Shown here piece by piece: positions 9,313 to 17,475 of a stretch of DNA of 64,000 nt (positions are counted from its first letter, which is position 1; each line of letters opens with the position of its first letter). The stretch lies in the IMG/VR virus record IMGVR_UViG_3300045886_000052, positions 4,080 through 68,079 of that record. One strand, written 5' to 3'. The notes under the pieces were generated by a model. It had not been told where the DNA came from. It worked only from the letters and a program-made list of their open reading frames with translations, and ran no database searches. Made by a program: the position numbers and the translations under genes. The DNA is from a virus.

Positions 9313-9484
9313 AGCAATCAGCGTACCACGGTACGCAAGTATAAACTCAATAGAATCAGCGCGGGGTATTGCGCCATTCTGACCGCTACACCATTTGGTA
9401 CGTGAATTTTGGACATTTCCGGTAAACGCTGAGAATAAAAGGCTTATCAATACACCAAATGGTACAGCATTTATACCATTACGT
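9313..9484 (-). promoter_or_regulatory. Sigma54-type promoter P2 with three upstream boxes
   Basis: TGGTACGCTGATTGCT at 9313-9328; boxes at 9390, 9454, 9475 (same offsets as P1). Confidence 0.75.
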
Positions 9485-9722
9485 GCGATAATTTAGACGT
9501 AGAGCCAAGCGGACGCCCTGCCGGCAGCGGCTCGAACGCTCTCAGACGGGCCAAGCCGGTCTCAGTCAAAAGCCGCCGCTTGCCGATCAAATAGAAGTCA
9601 CCGGCCTCTACTGTCAGTGGTTTACCGCGATCCTCGAGCGCTTTGATCCGCGAACGGACGGAGCTGCGACTGGTCAGTCCCAGGAGAGCTGCAGCTTGTT
9701 CGTAGTTGTATATGTTTTCCAT
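9471..9722 (-). CDS. Small HTH DNA-binding protein, copy 2
   Basis: 83 aa, nearly identical to 7745-7996 including the upstream sequence. Confidence 0.75.
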   Translation of the reverse strand: MENIYNYEQAAALLGLTSRSSVRSRIKALEDRGKPLTVEAGDFYLIGKRRLLTETGLARLRAFEPLPAGRPLGSTSKLSHVMV

Positions 9723-9775
9723 AGCTGGATTGTACTCAATTTCCGTACCTCGGGCCGATGCCCCGTGGGTTGCTC

Positions 9776-10096
9776 TTATTCGGCTGAAACGAAAGAGCCG
9801 CCAGCCTTGCGGAACTTCAACAAAATCGTGGTCGGGTTGCCCGCCATCAGCCCGCCGCCTTTGGTGGCCAGGAAGTTGGCGATATTCTTGCCCGTCAAGC
9901 ACTGCCAATAGGAACCGGTTTCAGGGTTGTCACCGGCGTCTTCAAGTTCGCGTCGGCGAGCGTCGCTTTCGACTTGCAGGTGAGTCACGTTATCGTCCCT
10001 GTCGAACAGTCCCATGACGTGCGTTCCGTCTTTGACCAGATTGTCGGGATCGATCTCGATATTGATTGTTTCGCGGTTGACTGTGATCGTTTTCAT
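9776..10096 (-). CDS. Hypothetical protein, first gene after promoter P3
   Basis: CGGAGGAAAAGAAAATG start context identical to that of the 7424 gene. Confidence 0.6.
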   Translation of the reverse strand: MKTITVNRETINIEIDPDNLVKDGTHVMGLFDRDDNVTHLQVESDARRRELEDAGDNPETGSYWQCLTGKNIANFLATKGGGLMAGNPTTILLKFRKAGGSFVSAE

Positions 10097-10150
10097 TTTC
10101 TTTTCCTCCGTTGTTGTTTCGTTTTCAATTCCAACTGACACTTATTACTA

Positions 10151-10322
10151 AGCAATTGTCATACCACAGTATGCGCGTATAAGTCCAATGCTGCCAACGC
10201 TGCATTTCAGCTTGTCTCGGCAATTATACCACTTGGTACGTGAGTTTCAACTGGTTACGCTAAATGCTAGAAACAATAGAGATATGAATACACCAAAACG
10301 TATTACCATTAAACCATTTGGT
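10151..10322 (-). promoter_or_regulatory. Sigma54-type promoter P3 with three upstream boxes
   Basis: TGGTATGACAATTGCT at 10151-10166; boxes at 10228, 10292, 10313. Confidence 0.75.
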
Positions 10323-10394
10323 GTGATAATTGAAAAAGAGCGATAACTGGCGCGCCGTAAGCATTGATATAGCAAGAGATATATTTCGGTACAA

Positions 10395-10410
10395 TGGTAC
10401 GCTGATTGCT
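10395..10410 (+). promoter_or_regulatory. Sigma54-type promoter P4, divergent from P3
   Basis: TGGTACGCTGATTGCT, identical to the P2 core. Confidence 0.7.
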
Positions 10411-10455
10411 TGGTATAATAGCGTAGTTGATAACCAGAAAGGGAAGGGAATAGCA

Positions 10456-10818
10456 ATGATCAAACTCGAAAGCAAAACAATGACGAAGGCGATTGAAAGA
10501 GCCAAAGCAATCCACCCGAAAGTGCGCGTAATCAGCGCAACTGATCGGGTGTACGCCGTGACTGGCAGCCGGGGCAACGCTTACACCGTGCGCTTCGTCG
10601 TCGCGAACGGCCTGAAGCTCGGCTCGTGCGACTGCCCGGCGGGCCAGCGCGGTCAAATGTGCTACCACGTAGCAGCTGGGGCGGCCGTGAATATCGGCAT
10701 CCAGGGAATGCGGCAAGGGGCTCCGGCCCCTGTCGCGCCGCGGATCGTTCGCAGCGTCGAGCGAGATCAATCTGGCGCGCGGGTGGCCGTAGCTCGCTGT
10801 GATAATTGGGTAGTCTGA
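10456..10818 (+). CDS. SWIM zinc-finger protein, paralogue of 46617-46985
   Basis: CDCPAG...CYH motif. Confidence 0.8.
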   Translation: MIKLESKTMTKAIERAKAIHPKVRVISATDRVYAVTGSRGNAYTVRFVVANGLKLGSCDCPAGQRGQMCYHVAAGAAVNIGIQGMRQGAPAPVAPRIVRSVERDQSGARVAVARCDNWVV

Positions 10819-10936
10819 ATAGCAAACCTAATCGGCGGCGTGAACAAAACGCCGCACAGATCACACAGTAGCAAGTGTAAGCAGCAAACGGCGCTTACGA
10901 TCTTTGAAAATTAAACCTCTAACGCGAAGGAGACTT

Positions 10937-11170
10937 ATGAATATCATTTCCAAGTTTATGGCCGACAACATCGAAAGCGCGATTCTGGAAGACTTGAAAG
11001 CGAATCCCGGCTGGCAATGCGAGAGTATGATTCACCAACGGATATGTGGCGGTGGCGTTTGGGAGCACTTCCCAGAAACATTCTCGGCATTGGTCAAACT
11101 CAAGGAGGAAGGGAAGATAAAATCCAGTGGCAACAACGGATTCAATTCTTTCGCTTTCAAACTGGCATAG
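10937..11170 (+). CDS. Small hypothetical protein, possibly winged-helix
   Basis: AAGGAG RBS; ALVKLKEEGKI. Confidence 0.55.
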   Translation: MNIISKFMADNIESAILEDLKANPGWQCESMIHQRICGGGVWEHFPETFSALVKLKEEGKIKSSGNNGFNSFAFKLA

Positions 11171-11176
11171 AACAAA

Positions 11177-11206
11177 GCGGGCGGGGCGACTCACCCGCTT
11201 TTTTTT
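11177..11206 (+). terminator. Intrinsic terminator
   Basis: GCGGG...CCCGC stem followed by T8 at a convergent junction. Confidence 0.7.
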
Positions 11207-11466
11207 ATTCTTTTCAAAAGCTCCTGCGCCAGTCCATGCGGGCACGGCTCCTTGTTTAGCCAACTATGCGCCTGACAATGGCCTAAATGATCGAACCAGC
11301 ACTCATCGGGGTCGGTCAGATCGGCAAGCAGAGTCAGGATGCCATTGTCGCCCATTGCTATTTCCCCGGTCCCCTCGCAGGGAATCACCATCTCATCGGG
11401 TTCGCGTCCGTGTTCGGCCAGCCTCACGCAAACAAACTGGCCGCACTTTGGGCATTGTTGTTTCAT
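11191..11466 (-). CDS. Cys/His-rich hypothetical protein
   Basis: DPDECWFDHLGHCQAH motif; AAGGA RBS. Confidence 0.55.
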   Translation of the reverse strand: MKQQCPKCGQFVCVRLAEHGREPDEMVIPCEGTGEIAMGDNGILTLLADLTDPDECWFDHLGHCQAHSWLNKEPCPHGLAQELLKRIKKSG

Positions 11467-11528
11467 TGTTCCTTCCTTACTTGCAGCGTCGAGCGGGTTA
11501 AGGTCGTGCGGGGCGATAACTGGGTGGT

Positions 11529-11852
11529 TTAGGCCAGGTCGCTGTTCGGTTCGGTTGGCCACGTCTCGCTCTCTCTGACCCGTTCCACCATGAGAGCATG
11601 CCCGGCTTCGGCATCTTCCCGGGTAGTGTATCGCTCGCATTCCTCATCCAACGTTCCACCAAACACCATTGTCTCGAACAGTATTGGCGCGCCGATCCCA
11701 CTGAGGTTATGGAGAAAAACCGTGCTGATCGTGACACCGTTGATTTCGTCCAGCGCTACGAGTCGGTTTTCGGCTTGTGCTAGTCGGCTCCATTCTATTG
11801 CGCCATGGCACCGCTTTGGCGTATGCCCGTCTAAGATATATGAGTCGCCCAT
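11529..11852 (-). CDS. Conserved-looking phage hypothetical protein
   Basis: ISTVFL...PILFETMVFGG...RYTT..AEAGH; GGAGG RBS. Confidence 0.7.
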   Translation of the reverse strand: MGDSYILDGHTPKRCHGAIEWSRLAQAENRLVALDEINGVTISTVFLHNLSGIGAPILFETMVFGGTLDEECERYTTREDAEAGHALMVERVRESETWPTEPNSDLA

Positions 11853-11887
11853 GCTTCCTCCATTCCACCACGCGGGCCGGGGCGGGG

Positions 11888-12154
11888 TTATTGGCATTTC
11901 GTCTCAGTGTGGCAAGGACACGAAGGCGACTCGCATCCTTCGCTTACTACGTTTGGCGCGTTAGACCAACCGCTTTTCTCGCATCCGCAGCGCCAGCAAA
12001 ATTCAGGCTGAGTGTCCGAGCCGACCTTACCTATCACCAACAGCCTTACATATCCGACGCCTTCACGCGACTCATGCGGATGGCCCTTTGCCTCTTCTAC
12101 GGTTCCGGCGTGGAACTCGTTGCAGTGAACGCAGGGTGTAAACGTTTCTTTCAT
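11888..12154 (-). CDS. Cys-rich hypothetical protein
   Basis: Bounded by family C repeats; GGAG RBS. Confidence 0.55.
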   Translation of the reverse strand: MKETFTPCVHCNEFHAGTVEEAKGHPHESREGVGYVRLLVIGKVGSDTQPEFCWRCGCEKSGWSNAPNVVSEGCESPSCPCHTETKCQ

Positions 12155-12196
12155 GTTCTCTCCATATCCGCCGCATCCGATAAGACGCGGGCCGGG

Positions 12197-12394
12197 TTAT
12201 ATCCGTTCCGCTTCGGCGATCTGTTCAGCGTATCCGTTGGCGATAGCCCATTCAGTAACAGACGGGCCTCCGTCCCATGTTGTGTGGTCGTCTGGCGGCG
12301 CTTCTCGGTCTAGCCGTGCAACTTGTTCAAATTCACCGTTGGTGACGAGGTAAAAATCAACCACGTTACCACGGTCATCAACTTCGTATGTCAT
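12197..12394 (-). CDS. Hypothetical protein
   Basis: Bounded by family C repeats. Confidence 0.55.
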   Translation of the reverse strand: MTYEVDDRGNVVDFYLVTNGEFEQVARLDREAPPDDHTTWDGGPSVTEWAIANGYAEQIAEAERI

Positions 12395-12424
12395 TCCTTC
12401 ACCTAAGACGCGGGCCGGGTGGGG

Positions 12425-12757
12425 TTATTGCTTGCGCTGTGAATAGCAAGCAGCGGCAATGGCGCTCACCTGCTCGAACACTGGGTACATTTCTGGCGAC
12501 AGAGATAGATGCGCGCGATCCATCAACGTTTTCCAGAGTGTTAGCCGCTGCCTGTGCGAGAGGTAGAACCCGTCTTCGTCCCGCGGCTCCTGATAACGCT
12601 GCACCACGTCGGCTAGGAATTGGCGCTCAAACTCGTTAAACGCTATAGATGTTGCAAAGTCGGGATTTTCGATTAGCCATGTAAGCAGCTGCACCTCAAT
12701 GGCTGTCACCGGGACATAATGCGACCAGTCGAGTCGCGGGCGTTCGTTACTGCTCAT
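12425..12757 (-). CDS. Hypothetical protein
   Basis: GAGG RBS before ATG 12757; ends RKQ like its neighbour. Confidence 0.55.
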   Translation of the reverse strand: MSSNERPRLDWSHYVPVTAIEVQLLTWLIENPDFATSIAFNEFERQFLADVVQRYQEPRDEDGFYLSHRQRLTLWKTLMDRAHLSLSPEMYPVFEQVSAIAAACYSQRKQ

Positions 12758-12808
12758 TCTCTTACCTCTATTAAGCCATATCCGCCGCATCCGAAGACGC
12801 GGGCCGGG

Positions 12809-13162
12809 TTATTGCTTGCGAAAATCGTAAATCTCAATTCCGGCGCGCTGGGCTTCTTTGTACATATTGGCAGTTCCACGCCCGCCAGGGAATAATGCCA
12901 CGGCGTCGGCGTATCCAGCCATTTGCCGGTTTCTTCTTGGCCCCGCCGATTTACCAAAATGTTCCCATTCGGCGCAGAAGCGTTTAACAGGGATGCCATG
13001 CTTGCGCGCCCACTCTTCGCCACATTTATCCACACCAGAAGCGCCGCCGGAAACCACTTCTTCAATGGGCGCCACGAAACGGCTGAGCCGCAATTCGTCA
13101 AGCAGGGCAATATCGGCATCTGTGAATTGATAGTCTCTACCGCCTGCGATGATCAATTTCAT
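12809..13162 (-). CDS. DUF2493/YspA-type SLOG family protein
   Basis: MKLIIAGGRD...SGGASGVD...AGPRRNRQM...FPGGRGT. Confidence 0.85.
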   Translation of the reverse strand: MKLIIAGGRDYQFTDADIALLDELRLSRFVAPIEEVVSGGASGVDKCGEEWARKHGIPVKRFCAEWEHFGKSAGPRRNRQMAGYADAVALFPGGRGTANMYKEAQRAGIEIYDFRKQ

Positions 13163-13181
13163 ATATACCTTCCGGGTCGGG

Positions 13182-14012
13182 TTATTGCGCTTTCAGTTTA
13201 GATGCCAGTTCGCGCCCCTTCGTCGGATGCGCGTACAGCCCCGTCGTTGCGATGCTGGCATGCCCCACGATCTCGCTCACGTCGGCTAATGGCGCGTTCT
13301 CGGCCAGCAGGTGTGAGACGAAGGCATGTCGGAATTGATGGGGATGAGCGCCTTCAACGCCTGCCGCCTTTCCTGCCGCCTTCACGATCTTCCATGCGTT
13401 CTGCGGTGTGAAAGGGAAGGGGTGATCCTTGTCCCCGGCATTGCCCCGCATCGCTATCAAGTCCCGCCACAGTTCAGCCGACAAATACACCGTCCGTCTT
13501 TTCCCGCCCTTGCCTAAAATATGCGCCTCGCCGCCGTCTTCCATTGGTCGCAGATCGCACCAGCGCAAGCCCAAAACCTCGCTGATTCGCGCGCCGGTCA
13601 GGTACAGAAACTTCAACAGCGCATGGTGTAGGGGATCGGCTGCCGTGGCTGCAATAATGGCGCGAATCTGTTCCGGCGTAAGCAATGCGCCGTGGTCGAC
13701 GGAGCGGTCCATCTTCGCGCGCTCGATCCGCGCCAAGTTGATCGCCGTTACCTCTCGGTTGTTCAGGAAGCGGTAGAAACTGCACACGCTGGCCAGCTTT
13801 CGCGCGCGGGTTTTCTCTGCGCCGTATTCGTCCGCCAGGAACGATTGATAATCCATTATGTCGGCGGTGATGATCTGATCGAACGGCTTGCGTGTATGGG
13901 CCAGGAATGCCTTGATGTCGGCGCGATAGGCGATTGCGGTGTGCTGGCTTCGCCGTTTGCCGGTCGGTTTCAGCCATTCCGCGATCCAGAAATCAACATC
14001 TTCGATGTTCAT
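13182..14012 (-). CDS. Tyrosine recombinase (XerD-like, 276 aa)
   Basis: TGARISE (R), GKGGK (K), HQFRH, GH and LY catalytic motifs; N-terminal core-binding domain. Confidence 0.92.
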   Translation of the reverse strand: MNIEDVDFWIAEWLKPTGKRRSQHTAIAYRADIKAFLAHTRKPFDQIITADIMDYQSFLADEYGAEKTRARKLASVCSFYRFLNNREVTAINLARIERAKMDRSVDHGALLTPEQIRAIIAATAADPLHHALLKFLYLTGARISEVLGLRWCDLRPMEDGGEAHILGKGGKRRTVYLSAELWRDLIAMRGNAGDKDHPFPFTPQNAWKIVKAAGKAAGVEGAHPHQFRHAFVSHLLAENAPLADVSEIVGHASIATTGLYAHPTKGRELASKLKAQ

Positions 14013-14054
14013 ATAATTCTCGTTATATCACGGCGTCGAATTTTACACGCTTTA

Positions 14055-14261
14055 TCATCCACTCTTCCACTCGTTTATAGGCTTTTCCGCGTTTCCGCCA
14101 GCCGCCGCCACATCCAATTGCGTTTCGTATTGCTCATACGGTTCCGGTTCATCTTCCGGTTCGTAGTCGTTGAAGTTATCCAGGTGCCAAAACAGTTTGC
14201 ACGTCTCTTCGTCTCGACAATCGCAATCAATATGCGCCAGTGTGTCAAAGTCGCTATTCAC
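14055..14261 (-). CDS. Acidic hypothetical protein
   Basis: AGGAGG upstream; GTG start. Confidence 0.45.
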   Translation of the reverse strand: MNSDFDTLAHIDCDCRDEETCKLFWHLDNFNDYEPEDEPEPYEQYETQLDVAAAGGNAEKPINEWKSG

Positions 14262-14302
14262 TTGGCATCACCTCCTTTCACTCGCGCCCCTGCGAAGCCG
14301 CG

Positions 14303-14527
14303 TCAGTCGCTTCGCACGTTTACCCAATGGTCGCCAAGTTTAACCTGTCGCGCCGATCTGATCTGCGGCTTGATTAACTTAATCAGCGGATCAATCGGGC
14401 GATTACAATGGGAACATTGCTCGGGTTTATCACCATTCCGCAGCGGGATAATTGTGTGATCCCAGAAACAGCGGTAATAAAGAAAATTGTCGGCCATAAA
14501 CCAGTCGCCGTTGCAGGTGTGGTTCAT
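14303..14527 (-). CDS. Hypothetical protein
   Basis: ATGA coupling; CxxC. Confidence 0.45.
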   Translation of the reverse strand: MNHTCNGDWFMADNFLYYRCFWDHTIIPLRNGDKPEQCSHCNRPIDPLIKLIKPQIRSARQVKLGDHWVNVRSD

Positions 14528-14781
14528 ATTTCACTCCCGTCCCTCGCATCTTCAACCTCGTCGGTGGCTAGCACGATGCCGTAACAAGCCGCATCGTGAT
14601 ACGCCAGCGAATTGCGAGGAAAAATGTCTGGTGGTAAATCCATCAAGAAGAAGTGCGTCTCATGTCCTCGCACCCGGATCGGCCTACATTGAAGTCCCGC
14701 GCGGAGAGTTACCGTATGGGTAATTTGTCCCACGCGATAGTGTTTTGTGATGTCGCGTTTTACAACGTATCGCTTGCTCAT
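14524..14781 (-). CDS. Hypothetical protein
   Basis: GAGGGG RBS before MSKRY. Confidence 0.5.
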   Translation of the reverse strand: MSKRYVVKRDITKHYRVGQITHTVTLRAGLQCRPIRVRGHETHFFLMDLPPDIFPRNSLAYHDAACYGIVLATDEVEDARDGSEI

Positions 14782-14788
14782 ATTCCCC

Positions 14789-14974
14789 TCACGCCTCCGC
14801 GTCTGCATCGGATTGCTGCGCGAATCTTGCGCACCTGCAATCTCGATGCGCGCAACTTTCGTCTTCATCGTATCCGCCAAGGTGTTCCGATAGTTTGTGT
14901 CCGCAGTCGCATGTCATACCTACTGCCTCGGCGTAACTGTTGAACCCTTCGTCTTTCCAATTGAACGCGCTCAT
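14789..14974 (-). CDS. Cys/His-rich small protein
   Basis: CDCGH..H..C..C.C..F motif, also in 29286-29543; starts in repeat D. Confidence 0.55.
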   Translation of the reverse strand: MSAFNWKDEGFNSYAEAVGMTCDCGHKLSEHLGGYDEDESCAHRDCRCARFAQQSDADAEA

Positions 14975-15051
14975 TCTTTCCCCTCCGCGTCCGCACGCAT
15001 AGTCTCTACGGTGTTGCCTGAGCGTTCGTCCCTGGCGCTTCAATCTACGCC

Positions 15052-15330
15052 TTACGCTTTCAACGAACTTGTTCGCCTCTTCGCGCGTGTTGAACTTCTG
15101 GTGATGGCGAACCCCGGACTTGAAACCGCTGCTTCCAGCAATTTGATAACTCGCGCCAGCCGTAGCATACAGCCCCGGTGATAGAGAGTACCCTTTGGGG
15201 ATAGCCACGAAAAAGTGTTCCCGTTCCAGTCGTCAAAAATAAACTCATGGCAGCGGCGACAGTTGCCCGACCACTTGCTACCGGAACGCCAGCCAGCGGC
15301 GCGCAGTATTTTATATTGCTCAGTTGTCAT
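15052..15330 (-). CDS. Hypothetical protein
   Basis: Starts in repeat D. Confidence 0.45.
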   Translation of the reverse strand: MTTEQYKILRAAGWRSGSKWSGNCRRCHEFIFDDWNGNTFSWLSPKGTLYHRGCMLRLARVIKLLEAAVSSPGFAITRSSTRAKRRTSSLKA

Positions 15331-15550
15331 TCTTTCCCCTCCGCGCCCCTCGCCGCGACTCAAGAATCTTCTCGTATGCCCGCCGCCACGCCTGCGCCGC
15401 CGTATTGCCGCTCGCAAATCGCGGTGAGCCGGGTTCCAGTTTGACGAAAAACCGTGTCGGCAACGAAGTGGTATGTACAATTGGAAACCTGGAGCACACG
15501 GCACGTGGATACAATTCCAAGACCAGTCTTTTGTCCGCGCCGCCTCTCAT
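15320..15550 (-). CDS. Hypothetical protein
   Basis: Starts in repeat D. Confidence 0.5.
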   Translation of the reverse strand: MRGGADKRLVLELYPRAVCSRFPIVHTTSLPTRFFVKLEPGSPRFASGNTAAQAWRRAYEKILESRRGARRGKNDN

Positions 15551-15717
15551 TCTTTCCCCTCCGCGTCTGCGTCAACCGACAACGGTGAATGCTCGTCACA
15601 CCGCACGGTTGATTCATAACTGGCGCGTCCGCACAGTATCCATGCCGTTTCGCCCTTGACGGTTCGCGTTATCCAGCAAATACCGTTTTCGTCTCGCTCG
15701 TGTCTGGGTTCGTTCAT
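15547..15717 (-). CDS. Hypothetical protein ending VDADAEGKE
   Basis: ATGA coupling at both ends. Confidence 0.5.
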   Translation of the reverse strand: MNEPRHERDENGICWITRTVKGETAWILCGRASYESTVRCDEHSPLSVDADAEGKE

Positions 15718-15917
15718 GCTTCCCCTTTGTCGCACTTGCTATTCAAGCAGCGCCACCAGCCGCCCTTGCCACCGCAGTTGCCACACTCTTCCACTTCGCC
15801 GGGGAAACAGTTGATCGGATCGTCTTCGTAGGCGTCGAAGTACCCGTCGTCGCACCCGCTCCAACAGTCAACCCAATCCATCCCACAGCCGCATGCATTA
15901 CAGTGTGGCTCTAGCAT
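15714..15917 (-). CDS. Cys-rich (DnaJ-Zn-finger-like) small protein
   Basis: CxxC and CGNCGGKGG motifs. Confidence 0.6.
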   Translation of the reverse strand: MLEPHCNACGCGMDWVDCWSGCDDGYFDAYEDDPINCFPGEVEECGNCGGKGGWWRCLNSKCDKGEA

Positions 15918-16156
15918 TCTTTCCCCTCCGCATCTGCGTCAACCTCTTCTAAGCGTCCAAGCCTGTCGGCAATGATGTCCAGAATAATGCCGATTTCAGA
16001 ATCTTCGATATTCATCTGCTCTTCCATCCGCTCACACAGCGCATTGAACAAGTCCGCCGCTGGTAGCCTTCTGAAGTATTCGGCTTCTTCCAGATTGGTT
16101 ATCAGCCGATTGGCCCACGCTGCGTCGTATTGTCGGTTAAATTCTTCGTCCGTCAT
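15911..16156 (-). CDS. Hypothetical protein ending VDADAEGKEC
   Basis: GGAGG RBS. Confidence 0.55.
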   Translation of the reverse strand: MTDEEFNRQYDAAWANRLITNLEEAEYFRRLPAADLFNALCERMEEQMNIEDSEIGIILDIIADRLGRLEEVDADAEGKEC

Positions 16157-16193
16157 GTTCCGCCTCCAACCCTAGAGACGGACGCTTGGTTGA

Positions 16194-16397
16194 TTATGTG
16201 CAAGTATTTTTCTCCGCGTCTGCGTCATCTGGAAATTCCATAAACGCTTCAGGCGGCAAATCGTCAGGGTCGAACGGCTCGTCGCAGACACACGACGTAA
16301 GCGGCTCGTCGCATTCGTAGCACCAAACGCTTTCGTCCGCTTCCAGCCAGTCGTCCTCTTCGAGTTCAATTTGTCCATCGTATGCGATCAGGCTCAT
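16194..16397 (-). CDS. Acidic small protein, N-terminus paralogous to 16612-16824
   Basis: MSLIAYDGQIELEEDDWL vs MSLIAHDRQIEFEEDDWL. Confidence 0.6.
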   Translation of the reverse strand: MSLIAYDGQIELEEDDWLEADESVWCYECDEPLTSCVCDEPFDPDDLPPEAFMEFPDDADAEKNTCT

Positions 16398-16615
16398 TCT
16401 TTCCCCTCCACGTCTGCGTCAACCGCTACCCACTCCCCATCAAGTGAGTTCTTTAGTTTATCAATCAGCGCCAGAACGGTCGAAGGCGGATAGTATTTAC
16501 TGCCGTAATTCGGTCTTCTGGCGTCTTTTTCGAGTTGTTTGAGTTCGCGCTCGTTAAACTCTTTAAGTTCCACTTCGAGTTGGGCCAGCAGTTCTTGCTT
16601 AGTCACCGTGCTCAC
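16394..16615 (-). CDS. Hypothetical protein ending VDADVEGKE
   Basis: GTGA/ATGA coupling. Confidence 0.55.
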   Translation of the reverse strand: MSTVTKQELLAQLEVELKEFNERELKQLEKDARRPNYGSKYYPPSTVLALIDKLKNSLDGEWVAVDADVEGKE

Positions 16616-16824
16616 CCCTTATTAACGCTGCGTCGAAAGTCGCGCGCCCACTCTTCCGCCATTTCCCGCGTGTAACATTCCATGCGCATATGGTCGCCGG
16701 GCATTAGACACTCACCGGAAAAGTCGCAGCCCCATTGGTATTCTTCGTAGCCATCCGGTTCGTGTTCATCTAACCAGTCGTCCTCTTCGAATTCGATTTG
16801 TCTGTCGTGTGCTATTAAGCTCAT
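16612..16824 (-). CDS. Acidic small protein
   Basis: AAGGAG RBS; paralogous N-terminus. Confidence 0.6.
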   Translation of the reverse strand: MSLIAHDRQIEFEEDDWLDEHEPDGYEEYQWGCDFSGECLMPGDHMRMECYTREMAEEWARDFRRSVNKG

Positions 16825-16826
16825 GT

Positions 16827-17036
16827 TTACTCCTTCGGGGCGGCGTCAATGCCAGCCGCCCTGACGAATGCGGCAACGGCTTCGGCTTCGTCTGGCGTTT
16901 CTATCACCCGTTGCTGTAGTCCGGTATTTCTATCGGTGTAAACCACCCATTGATTCTCGCCGTTGTCCCACTCAAGCCATACGTAGTCCGTGGCAAGCCA
17001 GGTGTCCAGTTTGAGCAAGTCGAGAATGGTCATCAC
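16827..17036 (-). CDS. Hypothetical protein
   Basis: Coupled to neighbours. Confidence 0.55.
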   Translation of the reverse strand: MMTILDLLKLDTWLATDYVWLEWDNGENQWVVYTDRNTGLQQRVIETPDEAEAVAAFVRAAGIDAAPKE

Positions 17037-17269
17037 TTTTCCTCCTCAATTGCGGCGGTATTGCGCGCCCAGATAACTGTGTTTCTCCTACCGCGCCCCA
17101 CCTCTCGGACTTTGCCGCGCACTACCAGCGCCCGCAGGTTTGCAGAAATAACAGCAACGGACTCATAGAAATTCAAGTCCAGCGCCCGCAAAACATCCCT
17201 AGTGGTAAACGTCTCAGGCAGTTCACGCAGGATATTTTCAACGTGGATACGAGCGTGCTGCTCTTTCAC
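17033..17269 (-). CDS. Possible winged-helix protein
   Basis: FTTRDV...ISANLRALVVRGKVREVGRG. Confidence 0.55.
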   Translation of the reverse strand: MKEQHARIHVENILRELPETFTTRDVLRALDLNFYESVAVISANLRALVVRGKVREVGRGRRNTVIWARNTAAIEEEK

Positions 17270-17475
17270 CTTTCCTCCCCCTCAATCGCGCCGGGTTGCT
17301 GCGGTTGCGTGTCTTTCGCTTGTACGTCAACGCTGTTAATCATCACAACGTCGGCCTCGCCTATAACGGCGTCTAAGTCGTATTCGGCCCAGCCTTGCGC
17401 CTCTTCTGGCGAATCAGCTTCGACATTAGACTTGTATTCAAACTGTCCGCGAATCGTTACTTGATATTGGCTCAC
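17266..17475 (-). CDS. Hypothetical protein
   Basis: VEADSPEEA motif common in small phage ORFs. Confidence 0.6.
   Translation of the reverse strand: MSQYQVTIRGQFEYKSNVEADSPEEAQGWAEYDLDAVIGEADVVMINSVDVQAKDTQPQQPGAIEGEER

Larger units (their letters stand above)
11868..13186 (-). repeat. Junction repeat family C, TAACCC(..)CCGGCCCGCGT, 5 copies each starting at a TAA stop
   Basis: Stops at 13184, 12811, 12427, 12199 and 11890; two copies extend with CGGATGCGGCGGATATGG. Confidence 0.85.
14793..16424 (-). repeat. Junction repeat family D, GGTTGACGCAGACGCGGAGGGGAAAGAATG
   Basis: Full copies at 15548-15577, 15915-15944 and 16395-16424; partial copies at about 14793, 14972, 15328 and 16209; encodes VDADAEGKE plus the next RBS/ATG. 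Confidence 0.9.

Noticed and set aside
11868-13186. Canonical integron (IntI + attC)
   Set aside because: No RYYYAAC...GTTRRRY paired-box hairpins, the recombinase is co-oriented with the genes and no IntI-specific insertion is evident; kept only as an analogy.
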